From a virus (Duplodnaviria; Caudoviricetes): 34,407 bases of DNA. Position 1 is the stretch's first letter. The number at the start of each line of letters is the position of its first letter. Below the pieces are notes generated by a model. The model saw only the letters and a list, made by a program, of their open reading frames with translations, was not told where the DNA came from and searched no databases. The stretch spans positions 1-34,407 of the IMG/VR virus record IMGVR_UViG_3300016265_001061. One strand, written 5' to 3'. Of the stretch, positions 1 to 9,630 are shown one piece after another. Made by a program: the position numbers and the translations under genes.

Positions 1-1
1 G

Positions 2-2317
2 AAATTAACTATTCCGGGGTGCAGCGGCGAATACATCGCGACTGGCGGGCCAGGCAAGACGCTTGAGGACATAGCTCAAGAGCTGCGAAACAGCTTAGGG
101 GTTAACTGCACGGCCGTGTGGTTGCCAGACGGCGCGTACGCGCCTGGGTCGCTGGCGCCAGGCACTGTCACGGTGATTGGCCTAAATGTCGAAGACGGGA
201 CGATCCGGCACTGCCCTGGGGACACTGCGCTGGCCTTCGACAACACGGGGTACCCATGGGGCCACGACGCGGCCGCAAGGGTGACCGCCACCGACAGTGG
301 CACTGGCGCCATCACGGCCGTGCAAATAACGAATGCCGGTGGCGGGTACGCCGAGCTTGACAACGGCGATCCGTCACTGCCGCCGATTGTGGGCAGTGTG
401 TCTGTTGTGCCCCCGGCAACAGGCAGCGGCGCCGTGTTGCTTGCGGTAATTGACGAAGACACAGGAAGCCCGACGTTCGGGTCCATTATTGGGGTGACGA
501 TACAAGACGGCGGCACTGGGTACTTCGGGGAAGATGATTGCGTCACTAGCGGGCCGGCGTCCACCACCAATACAATCCTGAGTTCCCTGTGCCGGATTAT
601 CAACAATGGGCAACTTCTGACGCCAACCTCTGGGCCGTGTCCGTGTAAGCCTGGCGGCCGTTGCTTGTGTCCGCCTGGCGAGCCGTGCTGCGAGACGGCA
701 ACATCTAGCGGCACCGGGCTTACGTTTTCCAAGCCCGGAGAGATTGCCGGCACGGTGCGAGTGACGGTTACCGGGACCACGACGTCACCGATTTTGGTGC
801 ATGGGACGCTGAAGGGGGCCTCCGCGACCCCGGAAAGGCGGTGCCCGTTTAGCCACACGTTTCTGCTGTGCTTTGGTACGTTCAACATAGAGCCAGTACC
901 GTGCGGCAGTACATTTCACAAGCTGGAGGTGGAGGTCTGCTACGAAGCGCTGGAGACAAGCACAGAGTCGTTTAATTTCTCCGGCTGCAACGGCATCACG
1001 GTGTACCTTGGCGCGTGCGTCGATGGCTGCGTCACCACCATGACCTATGGCGGCCCAGGAGCCACCAGTAACGCGAGCGTCTTGCTGACTGGCGACGGTG
1101 TGATTGAGGCTAACGGCGAGGGGCCGCTGATACTTACCGGCAGCGGCGGTTTTTTTGGTGACATCCGACCGATATCGCCGTGCGTGGAGTGGCTGACTAT
1201 CGCTGGAACTAGCACCGCCCCGAATGAAATATCGGGCGTGATTGTTAACCAAGGATGGGGAGTTCCTTTGGGCGTCAGAAAGACCGGCCCTGGGACCTGG
1301 TGGCTCACCGGAAACAGTCGGTACACGGGAGGCTTAAGGATTCTTGATGGTACGGTAATCGTTAGCGATGTGCCAGATGGCCTTGGTTGGGGGCCGCTCG
1401 GCACAGAGTGGGCTGAAGCTCGCGTGGGTGATCCGAACGCAACTTCCGGAACAGCGGCGCTGCTCGCAACGGAAACGTTTTCTCGCGATGTCTTAATTGA
1501 ACCGACGGGCGGATCTCAGGTGGCTGTTCTGGGTGGGTATGGAAGCGGGAGTCCTAGATATACCGTTTTTGCCAGCGTACTCCTTGGTGGCGATGTCACA
1601 CTTCAGGCATCGACCGGCGGAACGGTGGAGTTTGACAACGTTTGGTGTGACATAAACGGAGGCTTTGCTGGGGTTGGCGCAACAACTCCGGCGTTTAATT
1701 TCACTATCGGCTCCAACGGTAATGCCGGAACTGTGATACTGGACCGGTGGATTCCAGTCCCAACCACCAGCGTTCACGTTCGCTACGGAGCGCTGGTGCT
1801 TGATTATCAAGGTGCGGGTAACGGAACCATTTGGCGCACGACTCCCGTCACGGTTGGCGACACTGGAACCTCGGTCACGATGGCAATAAACGGCATTGAC
1901 CAGCCGCTCTCCGACCTGACGCTCCAAGGATTGGGCAGCGACATCACCGGCCCATCCGGCGGCATCCTGCGGCTTGTCGATTCTCCGGCTGTAACCGTCA
2001 CCGGCACCGGCCACGCGATCAGCGCCGCCGTCGCCCTGGACGATGATGCCACCTTTGACGGCACCGGGAGCTTGCTTATATCCGGCGTCGTCTCTGGGGC
2101 CTCTGGCGTGACCATGGACGGCAGCGGCACGGTATCGCTGTCGGGAGCAAACACCTACACCGGAACGACCACCATTAACAGTGGCACGCTGAAGGCAGAG
2201 AGCCTGACGGCATTTGGCACAGGAGGAATCGTTGTTAACGCCGGCGGGACACTAGACAAAAACGGCTACGCCCTGGCAAACGCCATCACCAACAACGGCG
2301 GGACTGTCATTAACTGA
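2..2317 (+). CDS. 5'-truncated large adhesin/fibre-like protein with Cys-rich segment and autotransporter-associated beta-strand repeats
   Basis: Frame is open from base 2 (KLTIPGCSGEY...), so the start lies outside the window. Contains KTGPGTWWLTGNSRYTGGLRILDGTV and MDGSGTVSLSGANTYTGTTTINSGTL (passenger-associated repeat pattern), ITNAGGGY/IQDGGTGY modules and CPCKPGGRCLCPPGEPCCE. Confidence 0.7.
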   Translation, partial: KLTIPGCSGEYIATGGPGKTLEDIAQELRNSLGVNCTAVWLPDGAYAPGSLAPGTVTVIGLNVEDGTIRHCPGDTALAFDNTGYPWGHDAAARVTATDSGTGAITAVQITNAGGGYAELDNGDPSLPPIVGSVSVVPPATGSGAVLLAVIDEDTGSPTFGSIIGVTIQDGGTGYFGEDDCVTSGPASTTNTILSSLCRIINNGQLLTPTSGPCPCKPGGRCLCPPGEPCCETATSSGTGLTFSKPGEIAGTVRVTVTGTTTSPILVHGTLKGASATPERRCPFSHTFLLCFGTFNIEPVPCGSTFHKLEVEVCYEALETSTESFNFSGCNGITVYLGACVDGCVTTMTYGGPGATSNASVLLTGDGVIEANGEGPLILTGSGGFFGDIRPISPCVEWLTIAGTSTAPNEISGVIVNQGWGVPLGVRKTGPGTWWLTGNSRYTGGLRILDGTVIVSDVPDGLGWGPLGTEWAEARVGDPNATSGTAALLATETFSRDVLIEPTGGSQVAVLGGYGSGSPRYTVFASVLLGGDVTLQASTGGTVEFDNVWCDINGGFAGVGATTPAFNFTIGSNGNAGTVILDRWIPVPTTSVHVRYGALVLDYQGAGNGTIWRTTPVTVGDTGTSVTMAINGIDQPLSDLTLQGLGSDITGPSGGILRLVDSPAVTVTGTGHAISAAVALDDDATFDGTGSLLISGVVSGASGVTMDGSGTVSLSGANTYTGTTTINSGTLKAESLTAFGTGGIVVNAGGTLDKNGYALANAITNNGGTVIN

Positions 2318-2676
2318 TGCCATGCACTGAGCGGTACATAGAGAACGGCGTGACGCTGGAGCGGCCGTGCAGTCCGCGGGCCGACGAGCCACCGTCTGCG
2401 TCGCCAGGATTGCTAGCCAAGGCGGTCAACTTCGCCGCCTCGGCCGCCGCGCACGTCGCCGCCGGGATGCCTCGCGCGAGCCAGGAGGAGATCGAACGCC
2501 GCTTTTCAATCTGCAAGTCCTGCGACCGCTTTGACGGCCGCGCATGCACTCTCTGTGGATGCCCGATTAAGCGGGAGAGCAAGATGATCAGCAAGCTCGC
2601 CTGGGCGAACGAGAAGTGCCCTGTCGGCAAGTGGGGGCCGGAGGGCAATAGTCAGCAGGAACCTGCACGGGAGTAG
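2317..2676 (+). CDS. Small Cys-cluster protein, DUF6171-like
   Basis: RRFSICKSCDRF...CTLCGC...KLAWANEKCPVGKW pattern; TGATG coupling to upstream gene. Confidence 0.7.
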   Translation: MPCTERYIENGVTLERPCSPRADEPPSASPGLLAKAVNFAASAAAHVAAGMPRASQEEIERRFSICKSCDRFDGRACTLCGCPIKRESKMISKLAWANEKCPVGKWGPEGNSQQEPARE

Positions 2677-2680
2677 CAAG

Positions 2681-2965
2681 ATGTTAAACCCATACCAGCA
2701 AGCGGCGCACCTCCAAGGCATGGCCAATCAGGCCATGAGTGCGATTGGCGACGAGAACGACTCCCGCGTCGCGCAAGCCAGGGAGTCTCGCCGCCAGGAG
2801 CAAGAGTACCGCATGCAGATGGATGCCCTGCTTGTCAGGTTGCAGCATGAGCGATTCATGGCGGCCCGCAACAGGCAGGCGCAGCAGGAGGCCGCCGATA
2901 GGGCGCGCGGCATGACATACAACTCCGAGTGGGGCAAGCCGCTCAGGCCGGGCATCGATTACTAA
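2681..2965 (+). CDS. Hypothetical helical Gln/Arg-rich protein
   Basis: 94-aa ORF with GGGAG upstream, fills the gap before the scaffold. Confidence 0.65.
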   Translation: MLNPYQQAAHLQGMANQAMSAIGDENDSRVAQARESRRQEQEYRMQMDALLVRLQHERFMAARNRQAQQEAADRARGMTYNSEWGKPLRPGIDY

Positions 2966-3037
2966 AAATCGGATTGCCGTTCGCACCATGCGGACACTCT
3001 TTCCACAGGCACCCCCTAGCCGCTTGAAAGGAAAGAG

Positions 3038-4042
3038 ATGTCAGACGAAGTAGTTCAGTCCCAGGAAGCGTCCCCGGCTCCCGAGACAACGGCGTCCGCA
3101 GCTCCGCAGTCCTTTGACAACTCGCCGCAGCAAGCCGCGCCACAGCAGAACGTGTGGGATGCGTTCAAGTCTCTGCCGGAGTATTCCGGGCAGGACGATA
3201 TCGCCATCGCCCGCGATCTGTACCAGAGCCGCCAGGGTTACCAGGCAGCTCAGCAGCAGCTTCGCCAGTACCAGGCCATCACGGCCGACTACGCTCGCAA
3301 CGCCGACCAGTTCCGCAAGTGGCGTGAGTCGCAGGCTCAGGCCCAGCAGCCCGCCCCGCAGGCCAAGCCGAAGTGGTGGGACCCGCCGCAGGTGAAGGAC
3401 ACCTGGCGGCAGTACATCGTCAGGGACCCGGAGACTGGCCGCGAGGTTGTCTCGCCAGACGCTCCGATTGAAGCTCAGGCCGCCATCCGGGATTACCAGG
3501 CCTACACCGCCAACTTCGCCAAGAAGTTTGTCACTGATCCTGAAGGGACCCTAAAGCCCTTCATCGAAGATGTGGCGATGCAGAAGGCCCAGGAGCTGGT
3601 CCAGCAGAGCCTTGGCCAGTACACGGCGGTCAACTACGTCCAGGGGCTGGAGCAGCAGAACGCCGATTGGCTCTACGACGGCCAGGGGAACATCAGCCCC
3701 GAAGGCCAGGCCATCCAGGCATACATCGAACAAGCGGCTCGTTCAGGGATCGCAGATCCGCAGGCCCGTTGGCAGTACGCCACTGGGATGCTGGAGCGTG
3801 ACCTTCTGAACCTGCGGTATCAGCAAATGCAGCAGATGATGGCGCAGCCGCCGATGCCTCCGCAGGCACCTGTCGCTCCGCCGCCTGAGCCTGTTGCACA
3901 ACAGAACATGCAGTTCCTGCGCGAGCGTGCGACCAGAGCGCCGAGCAGGAGCGGCGGGGCAACGGAGCCCCGGGCCCCACGCCCGAAGCAGTCGTTTGAG
4001 GAACGCCTTCGGGCACAACTGGTCAAAGACGGAGCGCTCTAG
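3038..4042 (+). CDS. Putative capsid scaffolding protein
   Basis: AAGGA RBS; Q/A/P-rich, helical, disordered termini; directly upstream of the capsid gene. Confidence 0.65.
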   Translation: MSDEVVQSQEASPAPETTASAAPQSFDNSPQQAAPQQNVWDAFKSLPEYSGQDDIAIARDLYQSRQGYQAAQQQLRQYQAITADYARNADQFRKWRESQAQAQQPAPQAKPKWWDPPQVKDTWRQYIVRDPETGREVVSPDAPIEAQAAIRDYQAYTANFAKKFVTDPEGTLKPFIEDVAMQKAQELVQQSLGQYTAVNYVQGLEQQNADWLYDGQGNISPEGQAIQAYIEQAARSGIADPQARWQYATGMLERDLLNLRYQQMQQMMAQPPMPPQAPVAPPPEPVAQQNMQFLRERATRAPSRSGGATEPRAPRPKQSFEERLRAQLVKDGAL

Positions 4043-4051
4043 GAGTAACAC

Positions 4052-5158
4052 ATGGCTTCGACCACCGATTTCGCTCGCAGTATTGCAACGACGATTGTCA
4101 ACCACCTGCGCGAGGAGGAGATTGCCTCGCTGCGGAAGTACATGGTGCTTGCTGCCATTGAGCAGCGTGGCAACGTCCGCATGAACATGGCAGGCCGCGG
4201 CTTCGACTGGGAGGTGTCGTACCGCCTGCACAAGCCGAGCGGCAACAACGGTGAGACGCCTCGCTCGTTCGCCCGTCAGAACCTCTGGAAGAAGGCGGAG
4301 CTTGAGTACCGTGGCTACCAGGCCACGGACAGCCTGTTCCGCAAGGAAATGCTGGAAAACCGGGGCTCCAGCGCCCTGATCAACGTGGCCGGCAAGATGT
4401 CCAGCCGGCTGCTCACCAGCATCGAACAGTACCTCTCGCAGGAAGTGTGGATCGACGGCAACGCCGCCGGCAACGAGCTGCGGTACCACGGCCTGGAGTC
4501 GTTCTTCGCCAACAACGGAACGATCAACGTCAGCGACGGCTCGCAGCGGTCGGCCAACGCGGCTGATCCGTTCGGCTTCCCGGCCGACACCTACGCCGGC
4601 CTCAGCACGCAGCTGGGCTTCTACGGCGGCTCGCAGCTTGAGGGCGTGTGGCCGAATGGCAAGGCGGACAGCGAGTTTGACTTCTACTCGCCGCTGATTG
4701 TGAACACCACATCCAGCTACTTCGGTAGCACCACGTGGGCTGCCAATTGCGTGAAGGCGCTCCGCGAGGGCCTCCATTTCGCGAAGCGGAACGACACCAA
4801 GGAAGACGCCATCGACCTGATCGTCATGGACCGCAAGCTGTACGTTGACTTCCTCAACGCCTATGAGGACAAGCAGCGGTTCGTCGTCAGCAAGGAGAAT
4901 GGCCTGAAGTCTCTGGGCTTCACCACGGTGGAGTTCGACGGCGTGGAGTTGGGCACCGAGTACGCCGTGCCGGCTGGCTCTGCGTACGGCCTCGCGATTG
5001 GCAACTGTGAACTCCTGAACATGGAGGCGCAGATGTTCAACAGTGAGGGACCGTTCTACGACGAAACCAGCCAGTCATATAGGTTTGTGGTGTCCACCCT
5101 GGGCAACCTGAAGTTCAAGTCGCCCCGGTCGTTCATCAAGTGGAAGGCCCTTGCCTGA
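4052..5158 (+). CDS. Major capsid protein
   Basis: 368 aa, AGGAG RBS, strongly biased codons; YHGLESF and DLIVMDRKLYVDF...LGFTTVEFDGVEL segments typical of HK97-fold coat proteins; position after scaffold. Confidence 0.85.
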   Translation: MASTTDFARSIATTIVNHLREEEIASLRKYMVLAAIEQRGNVRMNMAGRGFDWEVSYRLHKPSGNNGETPRSFARQNLWKKAELEYRGYQATDSLFRKEMLENRGSSALINVAGKMSSRLLTSIEQYLSQEVWIDGNAAGNELRYHGLESFFANNGTINVSDGSQRSANAADPFGFPADTYAGLSTQLGFYGGSQLEGVWPNGKADSEFDFYSPLIVNTTSSYFGSTTWAANCVKALREGLHFAKRNDTKEDAIDLIVMDRKLYVDFLNAYEDKQRFVVSKENGLKSLGFTTVEFDGVELGTEYAVPAGSAYGLAIGNCELLNMEAQMFNSEGPFYDETSQSYRFVVSTLGNLKFKSPRSFIKWKALA

Positions 5159-5173
5159 TCTAAGGAGTAACGC

Positions 5174-5761
5174 ATGAGTCTGTTGGTTGATCCTCCGTTC
5201 TCGCTTGGCCAGACCCTCGGCGTCAGCTCTGCAACTGACGGCACGGGCTGGGTGGGCGCTGTCAAGCAGTTCCCGGACGTTGATCCGGCGACGGGCAAGA
5301 TCCGCTCAAACCGGGTGAAGACCTGCGTGGCGGTTCGCAACTCCGCCGCGACTGCCCTGCTTCCGAAGCGCGTTGTCCGGTTCCGCCTCACTGCCGGCAC
5401 CGCCGTGTTTTCTGAGGTCGATGGCTACGCTGCCGAGACGAACGAGGAGCGGGTTGGTGTGGTCGATGAGCATCTGCCCGCTTCTGGCGTGGCGGTGAAC
5501 GATGTGTTCTGGGTGACCGTCGCCGGCCCGACGGAGGTCGCTGTGGCGCTCTCCGGCACGGGGGTTGCGGTGGGTGACCGGCTCTCCTGCGTGACGGCCG
5601 CTACCAGCGGTGCGACTACGGCGGGTCGGGTTGGCCCCTCGCCACTCAGCGCCTCCACGGCCGGCGCCAACAACAACGGCCTCGGCGTCATTGGCCGGGC
5701 CTGCAGTGCTGGGGCGACCACGGGCACCAATGTTCTGGCTCTCATCAACACCAAGAGCTGA
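5174..5761 (+). CDS. Putative capsid decoration/cement protein
   Basis: TAAGGAG RBS; A/G/T/V-rich beta protein (VGVVD...FWVTVAGP...VIGRA) after the capsid gene and before a terminator. Confidence 0.65.
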   Translation: MSLLVDPPFSLGQTLGVSSATDGTGWVGAVKQFPDVDPATGKIRSNRVKTCVAVRNSAATALLPKRVVRFRLTAGTAVFSEVDGYAAETNEERVGVVDEHLPASGVAVNDVFWVTVAGPTEVAVALSGTGVAVGDRLSCVTAATSGATTAGRVGPSPLSASTAGANNNGLGVIGRACSAGATTGTNVLALINTKS

Positions 5762-5788
5762 TACATGCCCTGCAAGGGGCTAGGGGGG

Positions 5789-5823
5789 AGCCTCTGACCT
5801 GGGCAACTGGGTCAGAGGCTTTT
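5789..5823 (+). terminator. Rho-independent terminator of the head operon
   Basis: AGCCTCTGACC/GGTCAGAGGCT 11-bp perfect stem plus 3 inner pairs (two G-U), GCAA tetraloop, short T run. Confidence 0.8.
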
Positions 5824-5830
5824 CGCTTAC

Positions 5831-5998
5831 ATGGACATACTGGACCTGTTCCTGATGAACGACGGGCCGGCTATCCAGAACATGGATTACCTGCGGCAGC
5901 TCATTGCCCAGGTCCGCGGAGAGTTGCCGTCGGCCGATGCCGAGCGGCTGCGGATGATTTACGGCACTGGTTGGGGCACAGATAGGGAGGACGTCTAA
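5831..5998 (+). CDS. Small hypothetical protein (55 aa; not in ORF track)
   Basis: MDILDLFLMNDGPAIQNMDYLRQLIAQVRGELPSADAERLRMIYGTGWGTDREDV; TAATG coupling to next ORF. Confidence 0.6.
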   Translation: MDILDLFLMNDGPAIQNMDYLRQLIAQVRGELPSADAERLRMIYGTGWGTDREDV

Positions 5999-6480
5999 TG
6001 GGCATGGTGATGTTGCCGCCTGGCGTGACCTGGGAGCAATACAATTACTGGCTGCAGAATACGCCAGAGGGGCGGCAGTACGCCCAGTACATCAACCAGG
6101 CTGGTGCCGGCAATCCGGGCGGTGTGTCGCATGCCCCGCCCATGCAGCATCCGGGCGCCTTCCGGCCCATCGCGCCACCGGCAGCCCCTTCCATGCCGCA
6201 GCCGGCCCCGCTGTCGTTTGAGCCTGTAACGCCGCCTCCTTCGGACGACGAGCCGCAAGAGACTCCAGAGGAGCAGTGGAAAAACGCTCAGCCAGGAAGG
6301 GCGCAGCCGATTCAGCCGCAGTCGCAGGGGACGCCGCTGCGGCCTCCCGTGGGAGTGAATCCGCCTGTGGTCAACCCGCCACTCTACGGCCAGCACCAAC
6401 TTTTCGGGCAAGGCAATTCGCCCCCTGCCATGAAGCCGCCTCCTACGACGCCCAAGTGGGGCTTCAGGCACCTGGTCTAG
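5998..6480 (+). CDS. Pro/Gln-rich low-complexity hypothetical protein
   Basis: GGGAGG RBS; coupled start; composition suggests disorder. Confidence 0.6.
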   Translation: MGMVMLPPGVTWEQYNYWLQNTPEGRQYAQYINQAGAGNPGGVSHAPPMQHPGAFRPIAPPAAPSMPQPAPLSFEPVTPPPSDDEPQETPEEQWKNAQPGRAQPIQPQSQGTPLRPPVGVNPPVVNPPLYGQHQLFGQGNSPPAMKPPPTTPKWGFRHLV

Positions 6481-6532
6481 TTTGCTTGCCGCAAACGGCG
6501 AATTGCTGTAAATCTGTCCACCATCCCCCGAG

Positions 6533-7432
6533 GTGACAATGATTCAGAAGTTCAACCTAGGCATCTGTACGTTCTCTTACGGCGGCAACGGCGGCATCTC
6601 GTCAGAACACCCTGACGTGCGCGAATGGATGATCCCCGTCGTCCTGGAGGCCTCCAAGGACGAGCGCATCGGCAACGTCCGCGTCTGGAACCTAGCCGAC
6701 ACGCCGATCACCATGACCCGCAACCGCTGCGTCTTGATGGCCCGCGAGTTCGGCGTAGATGTGTTGATCATGGTGGACTCCGACATGAAGCCGGACATCA
6801 ACGCCGGGCAGCCGGACGCCAAGCCCTGGTTCCAGACCAGCTTCGACTTCCTGGTGAAGCACTATCACAAGGGGCCGTGCGTGATTGGGGCTCCGTACTG
6901 CGGCCCGCCGCCGCAAGAATGCGTGTACGTGTTCCGCTGGCAGAACATGCAGTCTGAAAATCAGAACCCTGACTTCCAGCTGGAGATGTACGACCGGCAC
7001 ACGGCCCACAAGATGGCCGGCATCCAGGAGTGTGCTGCACTGCCGACCGGGCTGATCATGTACGACATGCGTGCGTTCGCGCTCACTGAGCCCCGCACGG
7101 AGGCCGACAAGCCCTGGTTCTACTACGAATGGACCGACAAGTACGCCGCCTCCAAGTCATCCACTGAGGACGTCACTCAGACGCGGGACCTGTCGATGGC
7201 CTGCGCTCAGCAGCTTGGGTACAACCCGATCTACTGCAACTGGGACGCCTGGGCTGGGCACTGGAAGCCGAAGTGCGTCGGGAAGCCGCAGGTCATCGAC
7301 GCCAGCGGCGTGAGTGGCCTGCTGAAGGCCTTCTGGGACAGCAAGGCGGATAGCTCCGTGAAGCTGGTGGACATCGAAATGCCCAAGTGGCTCCAGGTCC
7401 AGGCGACGACGAAGTCTAGCGTAGTGCTATGA
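6533..7432 (+). CDS. Glycosyltransferase-like protein (GT-A/GT2-like fold)
   Basis: ITMTRNRCV...DVLIMVDSDM (DxD), PTGLIMYDMRAF, STED acidic motif, late AGHWK His. Confidence 0.7.
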   Translation: MTMIQKFNLGICTFSYGGNGGISSEHPDVREWMIPVVLEASKDERIGNVRVWNLADTPITMTRNRCVLMAREFGVDVLIMVDSDMKPDINAGQPDAKPWFQTSFDFLVKHYHKGPCVIGAPYCGPPPQECVYVFRWQNMQSENQNPDFQLEMYDRHTAHKMAGIQECAALPTGLIMYDMRAFALTEPRTEADKPWFYYEWTDKYAASKSSTEDVTQTRDLSMACAQQLGYNPIYCNWDAWAGHWKPKCVGKPQVIDASGVSGLLKAFWDSKADSSVKLVDIEMPKWLQVQATTKSSVVL

Positions 7433-7971
7433 AGACCTGCCTGGGCTGCAAGAAGGAGCTGCCGGACTCGTCCTACAACATAACGTCGGACGGCCGGAAG
7501 CACTCTCGCTGCAAGACCTGCCGGGCGGAGTACGAGCGGAAGCGGCGGAAGAAGCGGAAGGACGAGCGGCTAGACAAGATCGAACGCGACTCCGTGGATG
7601 CGTTCTGCCAGGCGGCTCGTCTGGGCGGGGCGAACATCCCGCACTCCAGTGAGCTGCTGGAGACGATCCTGGAGTACATGGGCGGCACCCGCGGGTTCGC
7701 CAACCTGTTCCTGAAGCAGTACTACGATTCCCCTCCAGGAGGTGCGTTTCGCACCAAGCAGCTTGACACCATCGTCCGCCTGGTGACGAGCAACACGGCC
7801 CTCGGCGGGGCCAAGAAGCCGCTGGCCTTGTGGAGCGAGGATGAGCTAGAAGATGAACTGCGGCAGCGTCTCCTGGAGGCTGCGGCGGCCATGCGAGGCC
7901 TGCCGGTGATCGAAGCCCAGGTCCTGCCCATTACGGAGAAGGTTGAAGAAGCACCCTCGCCAGATACCTGA
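7429..7971 (+). CDS. Zn-finger protein, possible terminase small subunit
   Basis: CLGC...CKTC plus basic helix; C-terminal SEDELEDELRQRL; overlaps the TerL start. Confidence 0.5.
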   Translation: MKTCLGCKKELPDSSYNITSDGRKHSRCKTCRAEYERKRRKKRKDERLDKIERDSVDAFCQAARLGGANIPHSSELLETILEYMGGTRGFANLFLKQYYDSPPGGAFRTKQLDTIVRLVTSNTALGGAKKPLALWSEDELEDELRQRLLEAAAAMRGLPVIEAQVLPITEKVEEAPSPDT

Positions 7972-9628
7972 TCCGCCGAAACCTGCGGTGGACTTAGGGG
8001 CAAACGTATCGACGCACTCGCTAGAGGTGCTGAAAGAGGTTCAGGCCGAGCTGAAGAGCCGCAAGATAGAGGCTCTCAAGCTGTACGAACCCATGGCGTC
8101 GCAGCAGGAGATGCACGCCTGCCTGGCCTCCGAGCGGATAGTGCTTGGAGGAAATCGGTCGGGAAAGAGCCTCTCCACCTTCGTAGAAGACGCTCGCGCT
8201 GCCACGGGCCAGGACCCGTTCAAGAAGTACCCGGAGAAGGACGGCAACCTGGTGGTAGTCGGGCGCAACTGGCCGCACATCGGCCTGGTGGCGTACCCGA
8301 TGCTCTTCAAGGCAGGGGCCTTCAAGATCATCCGCGACCTGGAGACGGGCGAGTGGCGGGCGTACCGGCCGGCGACCGATGCCGACAGGCTGAAGGACGC
8401 CAAGCCGGCGCCGCCGCTGATCCCGCCTCGGTTCGTTGTAGACACCTCATGGGTGCTGAAGAACGCCGGCTACTGCCAGAAGGTGACGCTGACCAACGGC
8501 TGGCAGATCAACTTCTTCTCCGCCGAATCAGAGCCGCCCCAGGGGTTTCCGGCTGACCTGGTTCACTTTGACGAGGACATCCCCCAGCCCGCATGGGTGG
8601 GGGAAATGCAGGCCAGACTCGCAGACCGCAAAGGCCGGCTGCTGTGGTCTGCAATGCCACACTCCAAGAATGACGCACTACTTGGGTTGTGCGAGCGTGC
8701 TGACCGCGAGGCTGAGCTGGGAGTCGATCCGGCCAACATCAAGAAGTTCGTCCTCCGCTTCCTGGACAACGCCCACATCGACTCCAAGGAGAAGGAGAAG
8801 AACATCGCCCGGTGGTCCGCCCTAGGGGTGGATGAGCTGCGGATGCGTGCCGAGGGCGAGTTCACGCAGGACTCCATCCTCATGTACCCGTCGTTTAACC
8901 CGGCGGTGCATGTCCTTCCCAGGGTCGCTCTCCCGGATGGCGTGCCGCCCGACTGGACGCGGTATGTGGCGATTGACCCTGGCCATGCGGTGATGGCGGC
9001 GGTGTTCGGGGCCGTCCCGCCGGACGAGCGGTTTCTGCTGATCTACGACGAGCTGTACATCCGCAACTGCAACGCCCTGATCTTTGGCGAGGAGTTCGCC
9101 AAGAAGACCGAAGGGCAGCACTTCTATGCCTTCATCATGGACATGCACGGCGGTGCCCTGCGTGACCTGGGCTCAGGCCGGCTGCCGTCAGAGCTGTATT
9201 CGGAGCAGCTCCGCGACCGCGGCGTCAGGGCCCAGATGACGGGGCACCAGTTCCTGGCCGGCTCCGACGACATCCAGGCCCGCACCGGGCTGGTGCGGCA
9301 GATGCTGCACATCCGCGGCGACGGCAGTACGAAGCTGAAGTTCCTGGAAGGGGCAACGCCTGAGCTGTTCCGGGAGCTACGCAGATACAAGAAGAAGGTG
9401 ATCCAGACGGCCAACGGGCCGTTCGTCACCGACGCCCCAAACGCCAGAGGCGAAATCCACACCTGCCAGTGCTTGGAGTACCTCTGCGCCTATGAGCCCA
9501 CCTACCACCGCCCTCCGGCGCGACCTGGCCCAGAGCCCTGGTACGTGAAGTGGCTGGCGGACAAGAAGAAGCGGCTGGGCGATGACGGCAAAGGTTATGT
9601 GGTCCTAGGTCCCCAACGAAAGGGTTAG
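7943..9628 (+). CDS. terL: Terminase large subunit
   Basis: Walker A GGNRSGKS, Walker B LVHFDE, RNase H-like nuclease motif YVAIDPG. Confidence 0.92.
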   Translation: MKKHPRQIPDPPKPAVDLGANVSTHSLEVLKEVQAELKSRKIEALKLYEPMASQQEMHACLASERIVLGGNRSGKSLSTFVEDARAATGQDPFKKYPEKDGNLVVVGRNWPHIGLVAYPMLFKAGAFKIIRDLETGEWRAYRPATDADRLKDAKPAPPLIPPRFVVDTSWVLKNAGYCQKVTLTNGWQINFFSAESEPPQGFPADLVHFDEDIPQPAWVGEMQARLADRKGRLLWSAMPHSKNDALLGLCERADREAELGVDPANIKKFVLRFLDNAHIDSKEKEKNIARWSALGVDELRMRAEGEFTQDSILMYPSFNPAVHVLPRVALPDGVPPDWTRYVAIDPGHAVMAAVFGAVPPDERFLLIYDELYIRNCNALIFGEEFAKKTEGQHFYAFIMDMHGGALRDLGSGRLPSELYSEQLRDRGVRAQMTGHQFLAGSDDIQARTGLVRQMLHIRGDGSTKLKFLEGATPELFRELRRYKKKVIQTANGPFVTDAPNARGEIHTCQCLEYLCAYEPTYHRPPARPGPEPWYVKWLADKKKRLGDDGKGYVVLGPQRKG

Positions 9629-9630
9629 CG

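Noticed and set aside
6486-6514. Sigma70-like promoter TTGCCG-N17-TAAATC before the glycosyltransferase
   Set aside because: Poor -10 match; plausible but too weak to call
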